Assembly: GCF_000025505.1 (NCBI RefSeq)
Contig: NC_013849.1
Coordinates: 2,160,001-2,192,000 of the forward strand
DNA length: 32,000 nucleotides
Source of the DNA: Ferroglobus placidus DSM 10642
GTDB taxonomy: Archaea > Halobacteriota > Archaeoglobi > Archaeoglobales > Archaeoglobaceae
Direction: 5' to 3'
A program made the position numbers and the translations under genes. Below, piece by piece: positions 18,215 through 25,527 of this stretch; position 1 is the first letter of the stretch; each line of letters opens with the position of its first letter. The notes under the pieces are model-generated. The model did no database searches. It was not told the DNA's origin and saw only the letters and a program-made list of their open reading frames with translations.

Positions 18215-18625
18215 ATGGCTGAAGCTAAAGGAGAAATTGTCGTTTCCGCAGACGTTGAGAGAGTTAGGAAAGTCCTTTTAGACATGAAAACGGTTGGTAG
18301 TTGCTTTAAGTTCGTTAAGAATGCTTCTGAAAAAGGAGAAAAGTGGTTTGTCAGAGCTCCTATGTCGATGATAACGCAAACAAAGGAGTTAGAAGTGAAA
18401 GTTATCAGAGAAGAGCCAGTTGAATGGGAAGCAAAGGGAAAACATCTGTTATGGAAGGGAAGATTTGAGGTAGAAGAGGCAAACGGGGGAACGAGGATAA
18501 AGGTTACGCTCTCCGTTGAGGGGCTGGGAAGCATGGCAGCGATAATTAATCCGATGGCAAGCGTCCAGATAGAGGGGCAATTAAGGTACTTCCTAAACGA
18601 GTTGAAGAAGAAAATTGAGGGTTAG
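18215..18625 (+). CDS. SRPBCC/CoxG-like protein
   Basis: AKGEIVVSADVERVRKVLLDMKTVGSCFKFVKNASEKGE...MSMITQTKELEVKVIREEPV...GKHLLWKGRFEVEEANGGTRIKVTLSVEGLGSM. Confidence 0.75.
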   Translation: MAEAKGEIVVSADVERVRKVLLDMKTVGSCFKFVKNASEKGEKWFVRAPMSMITQTKELEVKVIREEPVEWEAKGKHLLWKGRFEVEEANGGTRIKVTLSVEGLGSMAAIINPMASVQIEGQLRYFLNELKKKIEG

Positions 18626-19659
18626 CGTTTCGCTATAAGCTCTTTCACCGCCGTACAACCTCCGCAGGTGAAGCATCCCGCTTCGGCTTTATTGATTTTG
18701 ACATGCTTAACGTAACTTTCAACGAGCTCGTAAATCTTTACCACTTCATCTAAATTGACTGGCTGTTCGTTAGAATAAGGCGGAGGTCTGTAAGGAGCTA
18801 GGAAAGGAGTAATTCCTATTTCAACCATCCTTTCAACGTTTTCAGCAGTTACGAATTTATCCTCTCCGAAACCAAGCACAATCCAGCTGTTAACCTTCCA
18901 TTTCCCGAAAATATCCACGGCGTTCTCCCAAGCTTTGAAGTACTCTTCAAGCTTCGGCTTTCCTGGAACAACATTGCTTCTAATTTTTTCGTCCAGAACT
19001 TCAGCGTGAATACCTATCGTGTCTGCCCCACTTTCGTAAAGCATTTCAAGAAAATCTCTATCGACGACGTCGACCTGAACGTGAATTGGTATGTCCACTT
19101 TTTCCTTTACAGCCTTAACAACTTCAGAGATTTTTACAGCCCCTTTGTCTTTCCCCGGCATAATTCCGGAAGTTATTGTGAGGTGTCTGCTGTTATCCTC
19201 TTCGTAAGCCATTTTCGCAGCCTCGGCTATCATTTCTGGAGTTTTTTCCACGATCGAGTTTTCCAGCCCAATCTCTATAGAGCAGAATTTGCATCTCTTC
19301 TTTTTCCACAGAACGCATCTTCTCGACACAGCAGTTACGAGAGCGTTAATTCCGTCGAGAGCAACTATTTTCCCGGCTTCAACGCCAAAACTCGTCGGCT
19401 TCGAATAATACTCAGCCTTAGGTAGCTTAACCTCGCCAACGACTTCGTCGTTCTTGAAAAGGTAATATTTCTCGTCGATTTTCTCAATTCTGTAAGGGGA
19501 GTTTTCAACGAACTTTTGCTTGTTCGGAGCAGAAACCACGCTACCTTCTACCTCAAACCCAACTCCTCCAGTTGGACCTCCTCCACTCTTTCTGTAGCTT
19601 CTAACGTTTCCTCTAACTCCTTTCACTATTATTTCGAGTTTCGTTCTCCAGTCAAGCAT
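18622..19659 (-). CDS. radical SAM protein adjacent to MMP11-like gene
   Basis: RRCVLWKKKRCKFCSIEIGLENSIVEKTPEMIAEAA, TITSGIMPGKDKG, DTIGIHAEVLDE, WIVLGFGED; C-terminal CFTCGGCTAVKELIAKR. Confidence 0.85.
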   Translation of the reverse strand: MLDWRTKLEIIVKGVRGNVRSYRKSGGGPTGGVGFEVEGSVVSAPNKQKFVENSPYRIEKIDEKYYLFKNDEVVGEVKLPKAEYYSKPTSFGVEAGKIVALDGINALVTAVSRRCVLWKKKRCKFCSIEIGLENSIVEKTPEMIAEAAKMAYEEDNSRHLTITSGIMPGKDKGAVKISEVVKAVKEKVDIPIHVQVDVVDRDFLEMLYESGADTIGIHAEVLDEKIRSNVVPGKPKLEEYFKAWENAVDIFGKWKVNSWIVLGFGEDKFVTAENVERMVEIGITPFLAPYRPPPYSNEQPVNLDEVVKIYELVESYVKHVKINKAEAGCFTCGGCTAVKELIAKR

Positions 19660-20593
19660 AAACCCTCACAGCCTCATCCGGAGAGTCGCTGTAAGCCACA
19701 GCTGCCAGAGCACCTATTACACCTCTCCTCCCGGTAATTTCTATCAACTCAACCCCGTTTCTCTCCGCAACATTTTCAGCCTCCTCGATTTCCACCATCT
19801 CCCTCTTTACCTTCTCCCCGAATTTTAACAGCTCTTCGTCGATCAAAATTTTTTTGTAAACCGCCATAGCCGTTTCGTCGCTGAAAGTGCTCTTTCTAAG
19901 CTCTTTTTCAAACGCTTTCACGAGCTTTTCCGAATCTTGCGTTGCGAAAGTTACTGAAATGGATACGCAGTTCGTAGTTTTGTATGGATTTTTCGTGTAC
20001 AGCTGAGTGATCGTGTGAAGGAGGTAGTATCCAAGTCCTTCTTTTTCAAGTTTGTAGGCGATTTCGTTAACGAGTGCCCAAGTTGCCCCTCCTTCCTTGC
20101 TGTCCGTATCATCGACGCCTATCACAACCTTCTCCATTGCCGGAAGAACGAGTTTAGCCTTTCCAAGTTTCTCTCCTCCTCCCTCTTCGAGAATTTCAAT
20201 TCCCAACACGTTTTCAGCCATGCCCCTGCAAACTGTCGCAGCTATGCCTCCTCCGGCAAGACCGGCGTAAGTTACCTCGACTTTATCACCAACAACTTCG
20301 ACTTTTTCAACACCAGCTCCGGCAATCCCCGGCACGAGCCTCAAAGTCGTTTCTCCCTTTTTCAAAACGAAAATGTTCCTCGCTCCTTCTCTCCTCGCTT
20401 TTAGAACGAGGTTGCTCACTCTCGGGTAGTGGTAAATCTCCCAAGCAGCTCCGCCTATGCATTTTCCTCTCGCATGAAACTCGTGGAGCTCAACGTGAAA
20501 GCCGTCGTGCATGGCGATAATTCTCTCGTAAGGAGAAATCCACTCAACACCACCATATTTTTTTAATACCTCCTCTCTACTCATCAAAACCAT
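19652..20593 (-). CDS. methanogenesis marker protein 11-like (TiaS-like DDTDS domain)
   Basis: VELHEFHARGKCIGGAAWEIYHYPRVSNLVLKARREGARNIFVLKKGETTLRLVPGIAGAGVE...KVVIGVDDTDSKEGGATWALVNEIA. Confidence 0.7.
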   Translation of the reverse strand: MVLMSREEVLKKYGGVEWISPYERIIAMHDGFHVELHEFHARGKCIGGAAWEIYHYPRVSNLVLKARREGARNIFVLKKGETTLRLVPGIAGAGVEKVEVVGDKVEVTYAGLAGGGIAATVCRGMAENVLGIEILEEGGGEKLGKAKLVLPAMEKVVIGVDDTDSKEGGATWALVNEIAYKLEKEGLGYYLLHTITQLYTKNPYKTTNCVSISVTFATQDSEKLVKAFEKELRKSTFSDETAMAVYKKILIDEELLKFGEKVKREMVEIEEAENVAERNGVELIEITGRRGVIGALAAVAYSDSPDEAVRVYA

Positions 20594-20626
20594 AAGTTGT
20601 GAAAATTCGAGAACGATTATAAATGT

Positions 20627-21595
20627 TTGGAGGTGCTGAACGTGGAGGCAATACTCGACATAGAGGGAGAAAAGAGCGAGGAGAGAGAATTTGACGTAGC
20701 AATAATCGGAGCTGGACCAGCAGGACTGACCGCTGCAATATATGCTACAAGGTACGGTCTGAAGACGGTTGTCTTCGAAACTGTGGAAGCTTCTCAGCTT
20801 TCGTTAGCTCCGAAAATAGAGAATTACCCGGGATTTGAAGGATCCGGATTTGAATTGCTTGAAAGAATCAAAAGGCAGGCTTTAAAGTTTGGAGCCGTGC
20901 ACAAGTTCGAGCACGTGGAGAGGCTTAGAAAAGACGGTGACTACTTCGTCGTAAAAACCGACATGGCTGAGTATAAAGCGAAAGCTTTGATAATTGCTAC
21001 CGGAGGAAAGCACAAAGAACTCGGAGTTCCTGGAGAAAAAGAATTCGTCGGGAAGGGTGTTAGCTACTGCGCCACTTGCGACGGAAACTTCTTTAGAGGG
21101 AAAAGAGTTGCCGTCGTCGGTGGAGGAAATACGGCTGTGACCGATGCGATTTACCTCCACGAAATTGGTTGCGATGTCGTTTTGATCCACAGAAGAGACG
21201 AGTTGAGGGCTGAAAAAGCTTTACAAGAGGAACTTTTCAAAAGGAACATCCCAGTAATATGGGACACGGTCGTTCTCAGAATAGAGGGTAACGAGAAGGT
21301 CGAAAGGCTCGTCCTCCTCAACAGAAAAACGAATGAAGAGAGCGTTTTAGAAGTGGACGGAGTTTTCATAGCAGTAGGAATCGTGCCAGCGACAGATATA
21401 GTCATGGATCTCGGAGTAGAAAGGGATGCTGCCGGTTACATCAAAGTTGACAAAAGGCAGAGAACAAACGTTCCCGGTGTTTTTGCCGCTGGCGACTGTT
21501 GCGACAATCCTCTAAAACAAGTTGTCACAGCATGTGCCGACGGAGCTATAGCGGCGAACTCGGCTTTTGAGTACATCAAAATGATGCAACTTTAA
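20627..21595 (+). CDS. trxB: thioredoxin reductase
   Basis: FDVAIIGAGPAGLTAAIYATRYG, GVSYCATCDGNFFRGKRVAVVGGGNTAVTDAIYL, TNVPGVFAAGDCCDNPLKQVVTACADGAIAANSA. Confidence 0.93.
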   Translation: MEVLNVEAILDIEGEKSEEREFDVAIIGAGPAGLTAAIYATRYGLKTVVFETVEASQLSLAPKIENYPGFEGSGFELLERIKRQALKFGAVHKFEHVERLRKDGDYFVVKTDMAEYKAKALIIATGGKHKELGVPGEKEFVGKGVSYCATCDGNFFRGKRVAVVGGGNTAVTDAIYLHEIGCDVVLIHRRDELRAEKALQEELFKRNIPVIWDTVVLRIEGNEKVERLVLLNRKTNEESVLEVDGVFIAVGIVPATDIVMDLGVERDAAGYIKVDKRQRTNVPGVFAAGDCCDNPLKQVVTACADGAIAANSAFEYIKMMQL

Positions 21596-21643
21596 ATTTT
21601 TTTGAAACTAAAAAAGTTAAATGGCTTGAAAACCTAATAACTT

Positions 21644-21707
21644 TAGCCGCTGTGATGATTACTCCCGCTGCTGACACGTGATGATTATTGCGCTATCTGA
21701 GCGGCTA
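21644..21707 (+). ncRNA. archaeal C/D-box (sR-type) guide sRNA
   Basis: TAGCCGC terminal stem; C box GTGATGA (21652-21658); 12-nt guide TTACTCCCGCTG; D' CTGA (21671-21674); CAC; C' GTGATGA (21678-21684); 12-nt guide TTATTGCGCTAT; D CTGA (21697-21700); closing GCGGCTA. Confidence 0.88.
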
Positions 21708-21887
21708 CCATTCTATGCTTATCGCGTTGTTCGGACAGGCTCTCGTGCACGCGCCGCACTCCATGCAGAGGTCTTCGTTTACCTTAGCCACACCGCCGTC
21801 GAGATATATGGCTCCTCCCTTCTCGCTGCAAACTTCCACGCAGGCTCCGCATCCATCGCACTTTGAAGCGTCAATTACGGCAGGCAT
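21705..21887 (-). CDS. small 2x[4Fe-4S] ferredoxin
   Basis: MPAVIDASKCDGCGACVEVCSEKGGAIYLDGGVAKVNEDLCMECGACTRACPNNAISIEW. Confidence 0.92.
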   Translation of the reverse strand: MPAVIDASKCDGCGACVEVCSEKGGAIYLDGGVAKVNEDLCMECGACTRACPNNAISIEW

Positions 21888-21991
21888 AATAAAAGCTTAC
21901 ACAACTTGAAATTAAAATTCGAGGGCTTTTTCGGTTTTTACTCAAACGCTCACACCCGATAACCTTTAAATCTTATCTCACGAATATCCTC

Positions 21992-22050
21992 TGTCGATGA
22001 TGACGAGCGCGGGTGCTGAAAAGTGATGAAGAGCTGACGGTCTGAGACGT
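21992..22050 (+). ncRNA. archaeal C/D-box (sR-type) guide sRNA
   Basis: C box ATGATGA (21997-22003); 12-nt guide CGAGCGCGGGTG; D' CTGA (22016-22019); AAA; C' GTGATGA (22023-22029); 12-nt guide AGAGCTGACGGT; D CTGA (22042-22045); short GTC/GAC stem; TATA-like TTTAAAT about 25 nt upstream. Confidence 0.88.
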
Positions 22051-22095
22051 TACAATAAAAAATTCCCTGAGTGAAAAACTAAAAAAGAGTTAAAA

Positions 22096-23280
22096 TCATG
22101 GTCTGTAGCTTTTCGGCATTCCGAGAACGTGCTCTCCTATGTAGGCGAGCGCCATCTGCTGCGTTACGGGAGCGAGCCTTATCAGGTTTATCTCTCTCCA
22201 CCACCTTTCGACATCGTATTCTTTAGTGTATCCGTAGCCTCCGAAGGTTTGCATAGCCCAGTAAACAGCTCTAATTCCTGCCTCTACTGCCACAACCTTA
22301 GCCATGTTGGCAGCGTCACCAACTTCTCTGTAAGAAGCGTTGTTGTCGAACAGCCAAGCAGCTTTCAGGTTCATCAGTTTTGCACACTCCAGCGTGGCGT
22401 AAGCCTCAGCCAAGGGGAACTGCAATCCCTGGTAGCTTCCGATCGGATCCTGAAAGACCTTCCTCTGCTTGGAATACTCCACAGCCTTGCTAACAGCCAA
22501 TCTCGCTATGCCTATTGCCGCAGCTGCGAAACTCATCCTCTCAGGATTCAGCGTGTCGAGAATTAGGTACCACCCCTCGTCTTGCGGAGGAATTAAAGCA
22601 TTTTCCGGCAATCTCAAATTATTGAAGCTGACTTCACAGGTTTTTGAATAGTTTATTCCGTGTTTTGGTATGGGGTTTATCTTTACCGCTGGATTTGGCA
22701 AGTCAGCTAAGAACAAACTTATTCCGTAAGTTCTCTTCGGAGCCTCCTCTCTTGGAGTCGTTCTTGCGATTATAAGCATTCCCTTCGCCCTGTCAGCTCC
22801 GCTTATGAATATCTTGTTGCCGTTTATCACCCACTCGTCTCCGTCTTTAACTGCCCTCGTCCTTATGTTGAGGGTGTTCGTTCCAGCGTCGGGCTCAGTC
22901 AGAGCCATGCAGAACTCAAGCTTGCCTTTAGCGATCTTCGGAAGGTACTTTTCCTTTTGCTCTTCAGTTCCGTGCCTCACAATCGTCAAAGCCCCAAAGA
23001 CCTCGGTAAGAACGAGATACCACACTCCCCCCATTCCGCAGCCGTTGGCGGCTAACTCCTCCATCGCTATAAGCAGTTCTGTCATTCCGTACCCGGAGCC
23101 CCCGTACTCTTCGGGGATTACTATTCCTACGAAACCGGCATCGCTTATAGCCTTCCAGAACTCCTCGGCAAACTCTCCCTTCTCGTCCTTTTCCCTCCAG
23201 TATTCGGGAGGAAAATCTTTAGCGATATCTCTTGCAGCCTCTGCTATCATCTTCTGATCTTCCGTCAGTTTAAAGTCCAA
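22096..23280 (-). CDS. acyl-CoA dehydrogenase family protein
   Basis: LDFKLTEDQKMIAEAARDIAKDF..., MALTEPDAGTNTLNIRTRAV, AFQDPIGSYQGLQFPLAEAYATLECAK, MQTFGGYGYTKEYDVERWWREI. Start set at a TTG preceded by GGAGGTGAT. Confidence 0.93.
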   Translation of the reverse strand: MDFKLTEDQKMIAEAARDIAKDFPPEYWREKDEKGEFAEEFWKAISDAGFVGIVIPEEYGGSGYGMTELLIAMEELAANGCGMGGVWYLVLTEVFGALTIVRHGTEEQKEKYLPKIAKGKLEFCMALTEPDAGTNTLNIRTRAVKDGDEWVINGNKIFISGADRAKGMLIIARTTPREEAPKRTYGISLFLADLPNPAVKINPIPKHGINYSKTCEVSFNNLRLPENALIPPQDEGWYLILDTLNPERMSFAAAAIGIARLAVSKAVEYSKQRKVFQDPIGSYQGLQFPLAEAYATLECAKLMNLKAAWLFDNNASYREVGDAANMAKVVAVEAGIRAVYWAMQTFGGYGYTKEYDVERWWREINLIRLAPVTQQMALAYIGEHVLGMPKSYRP

Positions 23281-23306
23281 ATCAATCACCTCCAAAAAAT
23301 AGAAAA

Positions 23307-23777
23307 TTAGGCTGGTTTGAAGTAAAGAATGTCCGTAATCTTTCCTTCTCTCTCTTCCTTCGGCTTTAGAACCGGTTTGACTTTCATTCCAACGCAAACG
23401 TCTTCGGGATTCACTTCTCCGAGCAGGTGAATTATTCTTCCGTTTGTTCCGTCCATCTCTATGAGAGCGTAGATTTCCGGTTTTTCGAGCTTCTCTCCGT
23501 TTTTATCGTAGTACGCCACAGCAAAAGCCGCAACGCATCCCTCTCCGCTCACTTCCACGTATTCCGTCTCGCTAAAGTCGAACTCGCAGTAGATCCTCGG
23601 AGGGAAGAATACGTGCCCGCATTTTTTACATTTGGCGGCTGTAAACTTCCCCTCATCCCTCAGCTTTTTGAAAAAGTAATCTCCAGCTTCTCCGCTCGTG
23701 TAAACCCAGTAAAGCTCTATCTTACCTTCCACGTGCTTCAGCTCTCGAGGATCGATAATTTTTTCGGTAAAAACCAT
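23307..23777 (-). CDS. DUF35 OB-fold / rubredoxin-like domain protein (thiolase partner)
   Basis: AAKCKKCGHVFFPPRIYCEFDFSETEYVEVSGEGCVAAFAV...MDGTNGRIIHLLGEVNPEDVCVGMKVKPVLK. Confidence 0.9.
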   Translation of the reverse strand: MVFTEKIIDPRELKHVEGKIELYWVYTSGEAGDYFFKKLRDEGKFTAAKCKKCGHVFFPPRIYCEFDFSETEYVEVSGEGCVAAFAVAYYDKNGEKLEKPEIYALIEMDGTNGRIIHLLGEVNPEDVCVGMKVKPVLKPKEEREGKITDILYFKPA

Positions 23778-23782
23778 TCACA

Positions 23783-24319
23783 TCACCCCTCTATCGGCTT
23801 CCAGTACTTTATATCCGTTATCGCTCCCTCCCTCTCCTCTTCGGGCTTCCAGACCGCCTTTACTTTCATTCCGATGTAAACCTTGTCCGGCTCGACCTCG
23901 CCGAGTTTATGTAGAATTCCCATGTGTGGAGAGGCTCCGTCTATAGCTATAACTGCCACAATTTCCGGCTCTTCTAAAGGTCTCGCGTCTGGATCGATGT
24001 AGGAGATCGAGAAGGTCTCAACAACTCCGGTGTCTTTAAGCTCGACCCACTCGTTTATAGGTTTGAAACAAAGCTCGCAGAATTCCCTTGGAGGAACCAT
24101 AACCCTTCCGCACTTGTTGCACTTTACTCCGAGAATCTTTCCCTCCTTCAACCCCTTGAGGAACTTGCTGATAGCCTGTCCGGCTGTAAAGGAATAGCGA
24201 ATGTCAGGGTGATCTTCCACGTACGTTATCGTCTTCTTCTCGAAATCCTCCGCTTCGAGCTCTCTCCCCTTAACGTAAGGAGGACAGCTAATATCCTTCT
24301 TACCTACCGCCAACTCCAT
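23783..24319 (-). CDS. DUF35 OB-fold / zinc-ribbon protein (thiolase partner)
   Basis: VKCNKCGRVMVPPREFCELCFKPINEWVELKDTGVVETFSISYIDPDA...HKLGEVEPDKVYIGMKVKAVWKPEEEREG. Start at MELAVGKK after CAAGAGGTG. Confidence 0.92.
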   Translation of the reverse strand: MELAVGKKDISCPPYVKGRELEAEDFEKKTITYVEDHPDIRYSFTAGQAISKFLKGLKEGKILGVKCNKCGRVMVPPREFCELCFKPINEWVELKDTGVVETFSISYIDPDARPLEEPEIVAVIAIDGASPHMGILHKLGEVEPDKVYIGMKVKAVWKPEEEREGAITDIKYWKPIEG

Positions 24320-25527
24320 CACCTCTTGTTTGATAAAACCATAACGGTTCCAACCTGCATCAAATCTCCCCAAGCCTGAGCGACTCCCGTTGTGACTTCC
24401 TTCGGAACCTGCCTCTTTCCAGCTCTGTAGGCGAGCTGCCAGTAGATTTCCGCTACTTTAACTCCCATTGTCGCAGCTATCGGGTTTCCTACTCCAAGCA
24501 GTCCTCCAGATGGGCAAACAGGAAGATCACCGTCTCTTGCCGTGACTCCCTCTCTCGTTAAGATGGGTGCCTCACCCTTCTTAGCCAAGCCTAACCCTTC
24601 CATGTGGTGCAACTCCTTGTAATCGAAGGGATCGTAGGGCTCAGCCACGTCGATTTCCTTCCTCGGATCGGTTATGTGAGCCATCTTGTAAGCCATTTTC
24701 GCAGCCTCAGCCACGTACCTCGGGAAGTAGAGGTCTCTGTTCGTCCACCACGTTGTGTCCAAACTCCAGCCAACTCCTGCCACCCAAACCGGCTCGTCCG
24801 TGAGTTGTCTCGCTATGTGGGGAGCGACCATTATCAAAGCAGACGCTCCGTCGCTCGGCGGAGAAACGTCGAGTCTTCTCACCGGCAAAGCCATCGGCTC
24901 GCTGTTGAGTACGTCTTCAACGGTTATCTTGGCTGCAAGCTGTGCAGCCGGATGGTCTAAAGCGTTTGCCTTGTTCTTTACGGAAACGAGAGCTATATCT
25001 TCATGCTTTATGTTGTGGACGTGCATGTACCTCCTCATTTCCAGAGCGAATATCCAGATGAGGTTCGGTTTTAGCGGACGATCGAGAATTGGATCCCAGA
25101 TGTACTTGAAAGCCGACTGCGGATGCGGATGGGAAGAGCTCATCTTCTCTTCGGTAACAACCAAGCAAACGTCGGCAAGACCGCTTGCAACGTGCCAGTA
25201 GCCGGCGATAGGAGCGAATACTCCAGTGCCTCCTCCTACGAAAACTCTCATGTATGGCTTGTTGCTTCCTCCAGCTCCGTCGAGCAGGTATTCTCCCTTC
25301 ATGTGCACACCGTCAAAGGCATCTGGAGCTGAACCCATTACAACCATGTCTATGTCGCTGATGTCCAAGCCAGCTTCTTCCAAAGCCTGCTTTACAGCAT
25401 AGTAACTAAGCTCTTTTCCAGTCTCGTTAAGCCTCCTTCTGAATATCGTCATTCCCGCTCCAACTATCGCGACATCCTGCTTTTTGTGGTACTTCAAACC
25501 CTTAACCTTCTCAACTATCATGACCAT
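24319..25527 (-). CDS. thiolase-fold protein lacking canonical Cys/His
   Basis: SCP-x thiolase-like throughout (QDVAIVGAGMTIFRRR...DISDIDMVVMGSAPD...GYWHVASGLADVCLVVTEEKM...PSGGLLGVGNPIAAT). Start at MVMIVEKV after GAGGTG. Confidence 0.88.
   Translation of the reverse strand: MVMIVEKVKGLKYHKKQDVAIVGAGMTIFRRRLNETGKELSYYAVKQALEEAGLDISDIDMVVMGSAPDAFDGVHMKGEYLLDGAGGSNKPYMRVFVGGGTGVFAPIAGYWHVASGLADVCLVVTEEKMSSSHPHPQSAFKYIWDPILDRPLKPNLIWIFALEMRRYMHVHNIKHEDIALVSVKNKANALDHPAAQLAAKITVEDVLNSEPMALPVRRLDVSPPSDGASALIMVAPHIARQLTDEPVWVAGVGWSLDTTWWTNRDLYFPRYVAEAAKMAYKMAHITDPRKEIDVAEPYDPFDYKELHHMEGLGLAKKGEAPILTREGVTARDGDLPVCPSGGLLGVGNPIAATMGVKVAEIYWQLAYRAGKRQVPKEVTTGVAQAWGDLMQVGTVMVLSNKR

Noticed and set aside
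21678-21866. Plus-strand ORFs antisense to the ferredoxin (21678..21866, 21688..21909)
   Set aside because: The minus-strand frame has two perfect CxxCxxCxxxC ferredoxin clusters; the antisense frames are artefacts.
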